Of a DNA stretch of 64,000 nucleotides, positions 37,985 to 51,934 are shown in pieces. The first letter of the stretch is position 1. The number at the start of each line of letters is the position of its first letter. Below the pieces are notes generated by a model. It had not been told where the DNA came from, searched no databases, and was given only the letters and a program-made list of their open reading frames with translations. The position numbers and the translations under genes were made by a program. This DNA is from Octopus sinensis (taxonomy: Eukaryota): assembly GCF_006345805.1 (NCBI RefSeq), contig NC_043007.1, positions 47,864,001 to 47,928,000 of the forward strand, read 5' to 3'.

Positions 37985-38350
37985 TAGCTTGCTTACCAAC
38001 CACATGGTTCTGCGTTCAGTCCCACTGCGTGACACTTTGGGTAAGTGTCTCCTACTTTAGCCGCAGGCTGACCAAAGACTTGCGAGTGGATTTGGTAGAT
38101 GGAAACTGAAAAAAGCCCGTCGTGTGTATGTATATGTGTGTGTGTGTGTGTGTGTGTATTTGTACCCCCAACATTGCTTGACAAACGATACTGGTGCGGT
38201 TACGCCCCCGTAACTTAGCGGTTCGGCAAAAGGAACCTATAGAATAAAAACTAGGCTTACAAAGAATAAGTCCTGGGGTCGATTTGCTTGACTAAAGGCG
38301 GTGCTCCAGCATGGCCGCAGTGAAATGACTAAAGCAAATAAAGGAATGAA
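37985..38350 (+). mobile_element. SINE family B, near full length
   Basis: Head, body, internal (TG)n and tail GGCGGTGCTCCAGCATGGCCGCAG..AAAGAA. Confidence 0.85.
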
Positions 38351-38410
38351 AGAATAAAAGAACATACATATAAATATATACACACACACACACATATATA
38401 TATATAAGCA

Positions 38411-38466
<56 letters not shown>

Positions 38467-38749
38467 CACACACACACGCACACACACACACAAACAAGTG
38501 CGCCTACTTACAAACACGTCGGTATATACTTGTTGACACTTGAACGCACACACATACAGAAACATTTTAGTGAAGACTGAAAAAAGGAAAAAAAAAAACA
38601 AGTTAAACAATTAAGCACAATCCTAAATACATGTGGTGGAGGTGGAGATGCGGAATGACGCGGTTGTAGAAGGTGCAGCAGGAGGGGGAAACGAACAAGA
38701 ACGAGAGCAAGTGAAGCAGAAAAATATATTTTAAAAGCCATATACTCAC

Positions 38750-38787
<38 letters not shown>

Positions 38788-38828
38788 GAGGAGAAGGAAA
38801 GAGCAGAGAGGAGCGAGAGGAGAGAGAG

Positions 38829-38878
<50 letters not shown>

Positions 38879-39169
38879 AAGACGGGCAGAACTTATACAG
38901 ACACACACATATACCGAGAGAGTGAGTGAGTGAGTGAGGGAGAAAGAGTGAGAGAAAGAGTGAGAGAGAGAGGGGCAGATAGACAGGAAATAGATAGATA
39001 GATGAGTAGACAAGTAGATATTTACAAACTAACGAATAAATATATTTGTTACTTATATAATACATATAGCGCAAAGGCACACACTCACACACGCACACGC
39101 ACACGCACGCACGCGTTCGTGCGCTGCTTAAGAGACAGTGTGAGGTGGAATGAGGAGATGTAAAAGGCG

Positions 39170-39178
39170 TATATATAG
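39170..39178 (+). promoter_or_regulatory. Candidate TATA box
   Basis: TATATATAG in non-repetitive context, ~115 bp upstream of the candidate ATG. Confidence 0.35.
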
Positions 39179-39293
39179 AAGTGTCCACATAAAACCAAAA
39201 CAGACACGAGACGAAATTCGAAAGAATTTCTGGAGACGCGCTCGAGTCATTTAGAAAACCATCATAACAGTCACTTAACCGACAAATGTTAGG

Positions 39294-39342
39294 ATGTTAG
39301 GGAAGAAAGTTCACCAGCTGTTGCTAATGATGGCCCTGTTTG
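39294..39342 (+). CDS. Candidate first coding exon of a secreted or membrane host protein (MLGKKVHQLLLMMALF+G, phase 1)
   Basis: Basic n-region followed by a hydrophobic h-region, a strong donor TTG|GTAAGT at 39343, and non-repetitive context. No downstream exon was identified. Confidence 0.45.
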
Positions 39343-39525
39343 GTAAGTTCATATATTTCTTTTTCCGTTTCATTTCTCATTCATTAACTGGCTTCCCAAA
39401 TTTCCTCTTTTTTCCTGCCGTCTAAACTCTCTAATTTTTGATATCTAGTGGTCACTTTCTCAGTCTATCGTTTCATCAGCCTATTTACCCGTCCGTTTAT
39501 ACACAAACATACACAACTTAATTTT

Positions 39526-39586
<61 letters not shown>

Positions 39587-39729
39587 TCATCTGCTTTCCG
39601 ATTGGTGAATAAGACCTCGACGATTCATTGCCATTCAGACAAGATTGGCAACTTAGTAACTTTGTGTCTTGCCCTATGTAAAATCTATTTCTCTCAGCTC
39701 ACCTTTAACCATTTTACGCTATGTTATTT

Positions 39730-40010
39730 GATGTGTGGCCTAGTGTTTAGGGTATTGGGCTCGCGTTCATAACGTCGGAGATTCGATTCTTGGAGGCGTT
39801 GAGTCCTTGAACAAGACACTTAAATGAGATAGTGTACCAGCTCAGTTCTGGTGCAGTCCTCTCTCCCTGTTCAGCTGTCACATCCTTGATGTTACACTGG
39901 TTCAAAGGTGGAAGATGGCGACTACATTGCCGCCTGAAACACCGTGCATATTATCAAGCCATACTCACTCGCGAGTGATGGCTATAGCAATATAGAGTAC
40001 AATTCATGAA
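39730..40010 (+). mobile_element. tRNA-derived SINE head followed by an RTE-like 3' tail
   Basis: GTGGCCTAGTG.TTAG, ATTCGATTC, TCCTTGAACAAGACACTT; tail ..CCATACTCACTCGCGAGTGATGGC. Confidence 0.45.
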
Positions 40011-40320
40011 CACGAGTTAAAATAGCGTTCCCTATAAAATGTAATCGACAGTGCAACTGAACTGTGCCAGAGTAAAATTGTGGATTCGAAAGTTTGCCAA
40101 GAGACGCACCCGAAGTGTATAGAAAACCAAAGCAACAGAATTATTCAACAGACAAGTTAGATTAGTATATCAAATAATGTATGTATACACACATTCACCT
40201 GCTCACATACAGATATACATATAAGCATGCATACAGACATATACGTATGTATGTATGTATGTATATTTGTATGTATGTGTGTGTGAATATATATGTATAT
40301 ACAAATACATATATGTATAA

Positions 40321-40353
<33 letters not shown>

Positions 40354-40559
40354 ATATATATTATATATATATATATATATGTAAGTTGTATGTGTATGTG
40401 TGTATGTATGCATGTATGTTGTATGCATGTATATACATACATGAGTGTGGGCCCCTGTGTTGATGTCATATCTCACCCGGGGTATATGATCTTCAAGTAG
40501 ATATACAGAAACCGGACAACATTTAACCGAAGTTGCGTAAACATGTAAATCTTAAAGCA

Positions 40560-41380
40560 CAGAATCCTAACTGATACCTGGCGAAAGTTGTTGAATGCTT
40601 TCTTCAGCCTCGTGAGCTGTTGTTGAGGGCCTCTTTTCTAGCTCTGTAAAATATAGGGAGCCTGTTTTTGTAGCTTCCTAAAATGCTCAAGCCAGCGTAT
40701 CATAATATCACTTTAGATGCTCCTCTGTCCTTCACTTCGGTGAATATAGCTTTGACCAGGAAATATTGGCGTGAGCCGTCTTTACTCTTTATTGATGCAT
40801 TGCCATCTCTCCCAGACTGACATCGAAGGCGTTCACATAGTTAGAATCGACATGGTTCTGAATTGCGTTTGCTTGCGGGTCTTACCATTTGTCTTCCAAC
40901 AGCCACAGCTCTTTCTGTAGCAAGGTTTTTAAGTCAGTTGGTAACTTGGCGTTTTTTTCATTTATTGAGAGCTGTTTCGTTATTTTCATTCTTCAATTAA
41001 TAAATGTTCTGTCATTTATTTTCATCAAGCCAGTAGACCTGCTTTTGATTAACGAAAGCGATTCAAGATCAGCTGTTTTGTAGACTGCTGCATGCTGCTG
41101 CACCATGATGCAGTATTGGGTAATATTTTCAACTTTCTGGCTATATTTTCTGTTAGTTGACATCCACTTCTGGTTCTGCGCTATCACCTTGCACTTTGGC
41201 CTCACAGAAATAGTTTGTAGTACATATCAACATGCAGTCACTGAAACCAGATTTCCCCACTCATGTTACAACGTTGTTTCTGCAGCTAAACATGCGCCCT
41301 AATGAATACCACTGTTCCGACCGTGGATGGCACTAGTTTCAGGAACCCAAAAGGATTTTGTCTTAGTCACATCATAAATG
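40560..41380 (-). mobile_element. Degenerate RTE-like fragment
   Basis: Minus strand RWLEHF-type linker motif; otherwise heavily decayed. Confidence 0.45.
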
Positions 41381-41669
41381 CAACATAATTGCAGTAGAAG
41401 TTCTCCCATGAAGTTGAAATTTCCTTTTTCCATGCGACTTAACGCAAAGTCTCGTGTTTGTAATCCCTCGCTGATTTTGCATTAAAATAATCCGAGAATA
41501 ATCAGAGAGAAGCAGTTGTTGACATGGTGAACTGGCGTCTTCGTAGGAAATTAGATATGAAAAAAAAAAAAACTTCAACTTCTTCCTTGCTCTTTTCGTT
41601 TGTAATCACAGACCCATAACATTGAACGCATTCGAAAGTCAGCACACTAAAACTGCGAGTATCATTTAT

Positions 41670-41929
41670 CTTTGTTTCAGTCATTAGACAGAGACACCGC
41701 CATAATGAACTTTTAGTCGAATGAATCGACCCCAGCATTTTTTAAAAAAGCAGTCTAGAACTTATTCTATTGGTTACTTTTACTGAATCGCTAAGTTATG
41801 GGGACGTAAACACAACAACATCGGTTGTCAAGCGATAGTGGGAGACAAACACAAAGACACAGGCACACATACACACATATATATGCGTGTGTGTATGTAT
41901 ATATACATACATATACATACATTCATGCA

Positions 41930-42018
<89 letters not shown>

Positions 42019-42170
42019 GGAGGTGCTTCTTTCAGGTTCCGTCTACCACTCACAAGGCTTTGGTCGGCTCGCGGTCATAGTAGAAGACACTTGTCCAAAG
42101 GGCCACGCAGTGGGACTGAACCCAAAACCATGTAGTTAGGAAGCAAGTTTCTTACCACACAAACACGCCT
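41670..42170 (-). mobile_element. SINE family B with expanded internal microsatellite
   Basis: Reverse complement of head (GGGACTGAACCC..CTTACCACAC), body and tail. Confidence 0.8.
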
Positions 42171-45100
42171 GCATACTTCTAGCTAGAAGTTCCTAGATTC
42201 TCAACCCTACCATCATCGCCATCCATCTATTCTTGCCGGACTTTTCCCTTCTCATGTATCATACCTTCGCTCCCCTCTTTTAGCTGCTATTAGAGAAAAA
42301 ATGAGCTGTTGTCTTTTCGACACCCGCAATATTGTTTGAGTGAAACAGCAAAGACGTAACAAGTGGTGTGAGAAAGGGCTACATTTAGCTATCCCATACA
42401 TGGGAGCAGTTTATCAGAAATTGACGTTTATCTACTTTGTCTAATCACACTCATAGGTTATATATAACCTTTTATAGATCCAACAGTCAGCTTTGCTGGA
42501 TCACTGCACCCTGGGGAATGCTGACACTGTTGGTCACAATAGTACACTAGCCTTCAAGCTAATTTATCTGCCTACATACCAATCTCCCTATATAACTACA
42601 TACTTACTAACCTGTCACTCTGTTTGACTAAACTACACGTATGTGCTTCAGTAAAACCTCACTCACCCAGTCTCTTTATGTGTGTATATGTATATATGTA
42701 TATGTATATGTATATATATATAATATATATATATATATATACATATATGTATATATATATATAAATACATATATACATATATATGTATGTATATATATAT
42801 ATATAAAGCTTCATACCAAATATATATGAGTGTGTGTGTACACGTATTTACACACACATACATACACATATACACATTTATCAGTGCTTTCAAAGCCACT
42901 CACCTGATAACGTGTCGGCACACAGCTATTGCAGGATCATATTTATGTAATAACATGTATAATATGTGAAATACTCACTAATTAGCTGCTGATGCTAATG
43001 CGCAGAAACAAAGGTAGTGATCTAGTACATTTTTTTTGTGCATCTTTCATGGGATAATTTGTTATCAGTAAATGTTTATTTGTTTTTCCTATCTAGGTTT
43101 GAGCAATTGACAGAGGCTAAGTGGTTTCTACGTAAAATGCTTAACTATTGTGTATTGTAGTATATAGTGTGAGAACTTGTAGTTGGATCTATCTTGTTTG
43201 ACTCGCACTTTTCAGTTCTTTTAATTTTGTTATAATTGATTTCAAATTTGGTGTATTGATGTAGTTTTATATGCTAATTATGGAAATTACATTCATTTTT
43301 GCCACATATCAATCGATACAAAGTTAATAGCTTTTTAAAACTTGCAAATTTTGGGTAATTTTAACCAATCGAAAGCCACAGACATATTGGTGCCTCTTTT
43401 CATAGTAACAAGGCAAGATTCATTTTTTTTTATTTTTGAGAAACGGATATTTTCGGTTGCTGTTCTGCAACTACATTACTTTCATGATTTTCCACTGTGT
43501 GTTTTCTTGCACCTTTTCAACCTAAGTAGAAGTATGACCGCAGCCAACTCGTTTAATCTTTCAAATATGATGGAGAAATTGAAAACCGAGGTGACCCACA
43601 GCGTTAAGCTTATTAACACGCAACAAGTGGAAACCACCTGGTCCTCTGTATAAATAAACGACGAGGGAATAAACGACGCTGTGGAACCCACTATTTTAAG
43701 GTTGACTCGTATCTCCGCGAGTTTAAGTAGTGCAGGAGATACGGAAATTGTAATTTGTGTAATAAATTTTTAGAGCGTATCACAAACATTTGTTTATGAA
43801 AATACGCTTTAAAAAATGTATTGATTTTTTCTCAAAAATAAATAAATTAATAAATAAACATTGACGATTTTTCACTGTTTATAATAATGCCTCTTCCATT
43901 GTTTACATGTCTATTCCATTGTTTACATGCCTGTTCCAACATTTCACATGATCTTATGCATTAAACCTTATTAGAATTTCTGTCGTTGAATGTTTTGTCG
44001 TTGCAATGTTGTCATCGTGCACAAAATGCCAGCATCCACATCCTGTTTTCAGACGGTAAAAATAATCAAACTTTAAAGCTGTGTGACACTTTTCTAAAAT
44101 TTCTCTGAAACAAGAGACAAACATCTGATTCAGCGTGAAAATAACATCAAACGTGAATTTTAGAATTTCAAAAAATGTGAACCCAACAGAAAAGACCCCT
44201 GATTTAAATAAAAAGAAAAAGAAAAATGCAAATAAAGGAAAGAATACAAGTTTTGTAATCCGGTGTACTTAATGAGACAGCTTTCAACAAGGCCCGTTCC
44301 CTGTCAGCCCGCGCCCCGCCAGCCCGCCCAACATCATTATGACTGTCCTCAGACTTTTTTCTTTCTGACCACACGTTTCTTTGAATTTTATTTCATTTCA
44401 TTGTATCTTATTTCATGAGTTGTGTAGAAGACGGTACAATGTGATAGCTTGTATTCCGTATCTCTAAACATAAGAACAGCAATGTAAACGAGCCTCTGTG
44501 TGTTGTGTGTGTATGCATGTATATATATGTATGTGTATGCGTGTGTGTCTGTGTGTGTAAGTGAGGATAATGATCGAAAGGTGATGTGGGGTCATGCGTA
44601 AATACCTTCGTTATGTAGGTATGCATGTGTATATGTGTGCGTGTGTATGTGTGGTGAGTGTGTGTGTATGTGTGTGTGTGTGACAGCGTTTAACTAGCTT
44701 GTATTTTGCGACTGTTAATGTCACTGCGAGGTTGTGTATATATTCAAATATACACATACGAGGTTGTGTATATATTCAAATAATCTGGAGTTTATTACAA
44801 AAGTGCACATACGTACGTGAGTTTATGAAATCGTATTTTACCTGGTAGTATTAGTAGACGGGAGCGTATGTGTTTTCATCAAATCCATAAATGTTAAGTA
44901 TATGAACGGAGAGCGATGAATGCATTTATGCGCACATCATGTATGCAATTGTGGGTACGCGTATGCTGCGTGTTGTATATACTACGTATGTGAAGACACG
45001 GATGTGAAGTTGTGTATTAGAATCTATGAGGTGTGTAAGTATTATGCGATGTTCTGTCATGTACTTTTTATCAACAAAATTGTCGTGAATATAATTATCT

Positions 45101-45278
45101 CCCCCTTGATGTTTACACGGATGCTGTAAGGAGAGAAAGAGAGAAGAACAGAGAGATGAGAGATGGAGAACAAGTTAGGCAGACGGAAAGAGTGATAGGG
45201 AAAGAATGGGAAAGAGAGAAAGAGAGAGAGAGAGAGTAACACAAGAGAGAGACTGACAGAGAGGGAGAGAGAGAGAGG

Positions 45279-45314
<36 letters not shown>

Positions 45315-45338
45315 AAGTTAGGGACAGAGAAAGAGAGT

Positions 45339-45430
45339 ACATTATTTACATTATTTACATTTGACGGATATTTCTCCTCATCTTGATTGTTGTTAACACA
45401 ACGTTTTGGCTGATATACCCTCCAGCCTTA
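45339..45430 (-). repeat. Inverted partial copy of the hammerhead tail (46701-46790)
   Basis: Reverse complement reads AAGGCTGGAGGGTATATCAGCCAAAACGTTGTGTTAACAAC..AATGTAAATAATGTA. Confidence 0.9.
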
Positions 45431-45437
45431 ATCTAGA

Positions 45438-46163
<726 letters not shown>

Positions 46164-46176
46164 AATAATATAATAA

Positions 46177-46620
46177 AATATTCTGCTCAATACCACAGAT
46201 TTGCTTGTCAGTTGTTTGACCTTAACCAGTTGAGCATGTCCCTTAGTGGCTGACGATATGTACATCTCTGATCACGAGCAGAAGTAAGTGGGGGGAGCAT
46301 CATAGCCATGTGTTGAGAGGGATTCTTTGGGGTTTGAATAATTCACCTCTGGAAACATGGGTGGTTCTTTCAACATCCTTAAACAACCCTTATTCAGGAC
46401 CTTTTGAGCGGGATGGGCTATTCAACCTGAAGAAATTCTAACTGGCCCCCACCGCAAGGTCATGTGCTGTTTTCTTGATATGAGATCACCATGTCGCGCA
46501 CATATGGTTGTGATGCATGTGCCTGGTGTACCTTTATCAGACGGGTAGTCATGATGGGATATTGGGCTTCGTATATTTTACCCCAGTGTCACATTGATGG
46601 CATGCACTGCTCTCTCACTC
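46177..46620 (+). mobile_element. (AAT)n-embedded retroelement 3' segment, copy 2 (more 5'-truncated)
   Basis: Same 3' end as copy 1; starts at AATATTCTGCTCAATACC. Confidence 0.75.
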
Positions 46621-46640
46621 AATAATAATAATAATAATAA

Positions 46641-46822
46641 CATCGAAAATACCTTAGGAATGAGAACCCAAGTTCGAAATTTCCCCAAGACACCTGATGA
46701 AGGCTTGAGGGTATATCAGCCGAAACATTGTGTTAATAACAATCAAGATGAGGACAAATATCGGTCAAATGTAAATAATGTAAATGATGAACATTATTCC
46801 TCATCTCTTAAATATAGAACTG
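46641..46822 (+). mobile_element. PLE-pLTR-like tail of the SINE-like element
   Basis: Follows the (AAT)n; contains the hammerhead motif. Confidence 0.65.
46689..46734 (+). ncRNA. Minimal type I hammerhead ribozyme motif
   Basis: GACAC-CTGATGA-A-GGCT-(12 nt)-AGCC-GAAAC-ATT-GTGTT: canonical core, stems I and II pair. Confidence 0.75.
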
Positions 46823-47029
46823 TATTAGAGAATGAGAGAGAGAAAGAAAGGAAGAAAGAAAGAAAGAGAAACGTTGAAAAGAAGGAGTCAATTGGGGTGA
46901 TGGAAGATGAATACGAGAGAGAGGAAGATAGAGAGGGGAAGAAAGGGAGAAGAGCAACAAAAAGAGAGATAGCGAGAGAGAGAGGGAGGGAGAGAGAAGG
47001 AGGGAGAGAGAGGAGGAGAGAGATAATAA

Positions 47030-47760
47030 CATGAATGCATGAAAATGAAAACATTTTGAATGAAATAACACAGGAATTTAGAGTTCTTTCTTTTGCTGAA
47101 TGTGGAAGAAGATACAGGTCCCGTGTTGCCATGATGGGACTACCGGGACTGCCATTAATGTGAAACAGCTGCAGATGAAAATCAGCAGAAAAGACATGAG
47201 CAGAGAGAAGATTCCAGAAGGCCGATGATCCAGGACGGAAGGACTCGGAGTCGTTTTTAATGCGTGGGTAGGATGCGGGCTTGGACGTATAAACAGTGAC
47301 GAAATGTAAGGAAATGTGTGAGTTGCGAGTGCCTGAATGGAGGCGGTACAAAACCAGCCATCTCTAAGGAACAGAGTAGCAGTGATAGAAAAGACAGAGT
47401 AAGAAAACAGCATGCCTGTGGGTCAAAAGCTTTGACCGGTGGGTTTGTGGTTTAATGACAGTCAGCTGCGTGGCTCTTCTCAGGAAGCGGTCCAGGATGT
47501 TTGTGTGCTTGCAGTACCGCTGTCCCAGATGTGCGTGTTGTACTCCATTGTGGATCTGAGTTATGTCTTGCAGAATGTTAGCAACTATTGGGAACTGAAA
47601 TATTTTCTGGCCTTGAAGAGAAGGACCAGGTTTGGTGATATTATCTTTGCTACGCTAAAGATACGCTTACGTCAGGAAAGAATGTTCGTGATGCTGAAAT
47701 CTAACATTTAGAGTGACCACGAGGGCTCGTATGTATGGATTGTGTAGTGCGGCGGTGTTT
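47030..47760 (-). mobile_element. Jockey/CR1-group LINE 3' end
   Basis: PTMEYNTHIWD, ILDRFLRRA, SFRPGSSAFWNLL..VF..DFHLQLF. Confidence 0.7.
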
Positions 47761-47774
47761 TTTTGACATGAGTA

Positions 47775-48390
47775 GTGCTTCTCAAGTATCTATGGAATCG
47801 ATGCAAGTCTGATGTGTGGTGCCTGTGTTACGTTCGGATGATGCAAAGTTGGGGAAGATAATAGAGGAATCAAGGATCGTGTCATCTGCATAAGAGTGGC
47901 ATTGTTAGATGTTCCGTTCTTGTATAGTTGTTGCATGAAATAAATATTTAAAGAACGTTATTCTCACGTTATTATAGTACCTGTTTGAAGAAATTAGTGG
48001 GTCTAAGGTATCCACGGGACGACCAATTTAGATGGCGAGCAATCTAATTCCGCGTGACGAAATCTTAATTTCTTCAATATTATTGCTTTTCGAGTGTCGC
48101 GTGTATAGAGATGTGTTATTTTTTATAACATAGTTATTGCAGGGAGATTATTTGTTTTCAAAGTCCGTCGTTTGTCAATAAAAAAAAAGTCAGCAACGTG
48201 TCACTCCTCACACACGTGTCATATGCCCGCCATCATTGCATTAGATTGTCCTAAAACTACCTAATGGATCTGCGATTATATTTTAATACATCTCCATAGC
48301 AACAATTTTTAGAATTACTTTGTGTATGTATACGCATATATGTGATTCTATTTTGGGGGCGGGTGCACTTTTGTGTGTGAGTGTGTGTGT
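47775..48390 (+). repeat. ~0.6 kb segment duplicated in inverted orientation at 52846-53461
   Basis: ORFs 48257..48649(-) and 52607..52978(+) share QKCTRPQNRITY..YNRRSIR; only a few substitutions over the whole segment. Confidence 0.92.
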
Positions 48391-48394
48391 GTGC

Positions 48395-48436
<42 letters not shown>

Positions 48437-48459
48437 AGCAAAGAGACAGACACACAGGC

Positions 48460-48492
<33 letters not shown>

Positions 48493-48523
48493 GTTTGTGA
48501 GAACGCATGTTTCGTGTATGTGT

Positions 48524-48565
<42 letters not shown>

Positions 48566-48929
48566 ATATTTGTATTTGCATGTATCGTGTGTTGTGAGTG
48601 TGTGTGAAAATGCGCGTATTTGTGAGTGATTTGTTTGTTGTGTGTACATGTATGTAAGTCAATGTGCGTGTTTATATGTACGTGATGTATTTGTGATATT
48701 TCTCTATGTATGTATGTATGTATGTATGTATGTATGTATTTTTATGAAGCATTTTGTTCGTGCCTGCCTCTGTGTGCGTGTGATAATGGAAACGCTCACT
48801 ATCGACTATATTCATACCCTGCAGTATTATTGACGTAGTTGGGGTGATGAATGCAGACAAAATAAATTGCGAAATTTAGTTATATTACTTTACATTTACA
48901 TTTCTGTGTTGAAATTCCATCCGGATTTA

Positions 48930-49385
48930 AAATTTGTCATTTTTCTGAAATTCATAATGTATGCATCAACCAGCTTTCCTCCAAAACTCGGAGTCTCGTG
49001 TCACTGTGAGAAAGATTTATTGTCAGAATGATAAAGGGGCTACAAAGAGGCTGTTGTACCAACTTGAATATTTAGCGTTTTTCTTTGTGTCTTCAGGCGT
49101 TCCGAGTTCAATTACCACTGTAATCACCTTTATTTTTCTTATCCACGGGGTCAATAAAGTAACAATATTTGCGTGGCTTGTTGTCTATCATCACGTTTGG
49201 ATCTTGAAAACGTTCTGTCCCAGGCTTTGGTTGAAATAAAGCTTTAGTCCTTTTGATGCTGATAGTCAGTCTTAATGTACGACCTGCCGCAGCAGACCTG
49301 TCGATCGATTCCTGAATTTCTTCAAATATATGAGAAATCACAGCGCAATCATCAGCAAACACAAAGTCGCGTTGGAACTCTTGTT
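48930..49385 (-). mobile_element. RTE LINE RT fragment
   Basis: LFADDCA..SH..EEIQ..IDR..AA...LTISIKRTK. Confidence 0.8.
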
Positions 49386-49477
49386 TGGCCTTTGATAGTA
49401 ATAATAATTATAACACAACAACAACAACACAACAACAACAACAACAACAACAACGATAATAATAATAATAATAATCC

Positions 49478-50555
49478 AAACGTGTGAAAACCTTTGCTAA
49501 AACCGCTACCCTGGATATTCTCACTTATAAGAGACAAGGAAAATTTCTCAATGACAAACACCCAAAGAGAGCTAATAATGCGGATGTTAACAAAGCCCTT
49601 ACACATCAATGGTTAGCATATTCTGGCGTAAAATCAGAGACAAAGGGGTTTATCATAGTAGCCCAGGATCAATGCCTACATAGAAGAAGCTACCAGGCCA
49701 ACATCTTAAAGAACGGCTGTAGCCCAACATGTCATGTATGTAAACAACAAGCAGAAACCATTGATCATAGTCTTCTTGTACCTAGAGTATTTCAACAGGC
49801 ATGATAAAGTAGCGCAGTATATTCACTGGGTAATCTGCAAGGACCTGAAACCTGCCCCGTGATAAAAGCTGGTGGGAACACAAACCACTTCCAGTGCTTT
49901 GGAACTTTACTGTTTAAACTAACAGAAAGATAGATAGAAATGGGCCAGACACTATACTGAAGGATTTCAGACAAAAATCGTTCCTCCTGATCGATATCAC
50001 TATCCCAATCAACATAAATGTATATATCAAGACCTACCAAAAACTGAGCAAATATAAAGAGCTTAAAACAGAAATTGGTAAAATGTAGAACCTGAAAACT
50101 AGAACAGTACCTGTTGTCATAGGCGTCCAAGGGATGATAGCAAAATGGGCTGATTGTTTCCTATCTCAGATACCAGGAAATCCCAAAATGGAAGAAATTA
50201 AAGGAATAGTGCTCATGACAACTGCTCATATCCTAAGAAAAATATTGTCTATGTAATCCCAAAAACATTTTAATCTGTCAACATTATCAAAAGTAATTTT
50301 AAACGTACATAATAGCAAACACCTTTTACTGTCATCTTAAGAAGACGCAATCATCTTATCATCAAATTACTTTTAAAACAAATTTCTAATTTTCTTATGT
50401 TTTGACAGACACTCTCTAGAACAATACTCTGTGCAAAACCAAAAATATGGTACCCTAGTCATAATACCAACTTGAATTCTTAACTCGTTATCTCTTGAGG
50501 TCTCTGGTTGAGACTTGGAGTCAACTTGGACAAATAAAAAGCAAAAGCCAAATAC
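49478..50555 (+). mobile_element. 5'-truncated R4/Dong element between (AAC)/(AAT)n tracts
   Basis: HQWL..SGVKSETKGFIIVAQDQ, C..C....ETIDH, IHWVIC, PVVIGVQG, IVLMTTAHILRKILSM* plus 3' UTR. Confidence 0.85.
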
Positions 50556-50639
50556 ACAACAACAACAACAATAATAATAATTATTATAATACCTCTCTCC
50601 TTCTCAACTCCTCCTGTTTACAAATGAAAGTTCAATGTA

Positions 50640-51450
50640 GGCCCATTTACACGGGCCATCCTCATCACATGCACCACCTTTAACAATTTTACTGGGAAAC
50701 AGAACTTCCCTCTCTACTATCACTTGCCTTTACAAGTGGAACTTGAAAAAGTCGATGAGGGCTTGATATAAGTTACTTTCAAATACTTTCACAAGTCAGT
50801 AGTAATGCACAGACACTGGACGAGTGCGTGCAGGACGGATTCGTCGCCCTGCGCACACCTCAGACAGGTCCGTGCCTGTAGAGTTTGTTTCGAACCAGCA
50901 GAGTTCCACGATAACACTGCCAGGGTAGGGATTTCGGATCTTTTCTGTTTGAACGGCAGTTTTTTAAAATAATTTCCACGTAATTAAACACTTTTAAACT
51001 TCGTATACTGGTAGAATGTGTTTATAAAACATCTTTTTCTCTTGGCTTTATTGAGAAAATTCTATAGTTTGTAAGATATTTGTTGTTTTCTTTCTTCAAT
51101 TTCTGCAATTTCAACCAATCAATGACGTCTATTGTGGTGAAAACATTCTGTACCGTATGAATATGTCCCTCGTTTAAGAAACAGAATGGGTTTATTGACA
51201 TTTCTGAAGAAAAAAGATACCCTTCCCCCACCCCTAACCCTAACCCTTACCCTAACCCTAAAACAGATTGAAATGCAATAGATCGATACTACGGTCATAA
51301 TTATGGGTGACAATTACATATGACACCGCTAGAAAAAACTGCCGTCCAAACCGAAAAGATCCGGGATTTCTGTAAGTTATCTCTAGGCCCCAGCACATAC
51401 CCCAGCAATACGAGGTGTAGTAGGTGATGCAGTAGAAATTTGCTTCAACC
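50640..51450 (-). mobile_element. Tx1-like ORF2 C-terminal fragment (CCHC), interrupted by a MITE
   Basis: YRGTLLVRNKLYRHG..CLRCAQGDESVLHALVQC. Confidence 0.7.
50936..51362. mobile_element. 427-bp MITE with ~30-bp TIRs, 8-bp TSD (GGGATTTC) and internal (CCCTAA)n
   Basis: GGATCTTTTCTGTTTGAACGGCAGTTTTT / AAAAACTGCCGTCCAAACCGAAAAGATCC; TSD at 50928-50935 and 51363-51370. Confidence 0.92.
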
Positions 51451-51468
51451 TACCAAATGTTGAACAGT

Positions 51469-51469
<1 letters not shown>

Positions 51470-51516
<47 letters not shown>

Positions 51517-51930
51517 TAATAATAATTTCTACTATAGGCAGAAGGCCTGAAATTTTGGAGGGGAGGCAAGTCAATTACATTGACCCCAGTGCGTAACTGG
51601 TACTTATTTCATCGACCCAGAAAGGATGAAAGGCAAATTGGAACTCAGCGGAGTTTGAACTCAGGACGTAAAAGTGGAACTCAGAACACAAAGAGTAGGA
51701 GGTGGAGGAGGAGGAGGAGGAAAAGAAGAGAAGAAGAAGAAGAAGAAGAAGAAGAAGAAGAAGAAGAAGAAAAGAAGAAAAAGAAAAAGAAAAAGAAAAA
51801 GAAAAAGAAAAAGTAAAAGAAAAAGAAAAAGAAAAAGAAAAAGAAAAAGAAAAAGAAGTAGAAGAAGTAGAAGAAGAAGAAGAAGAAGAAGAAGAAGAAG
51901 AAGAAGAAGAAGAAGAAGAAGAAGAAGAAG
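51470..51930 (-). mobile_element. Cassette: (AAT)n + truncated SINE family A + (GGA)n/(GAA)n
   Basis: Near-identical SINE/purine-tract junction repeated at 58230-58715. Confidence 0.75.
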
Positions 51931-51934
51931 GCAG

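Noticed and set aside
43097-43160. Good splice acceptor as a possible exon 2 for the 39294 exon
   Set aside because: The phase-1 frame hits a stop after four codons (GLSN*).
43690-44100. Possible Kolobok-type element starting TTAAGG
   Set aside because: No matching second terminus found.
51200-51300. True telomere or chromosome-fusion site
   Set aside because: The CCCTAA tract is short, degenerate and internal to a MITE present twice in the window.
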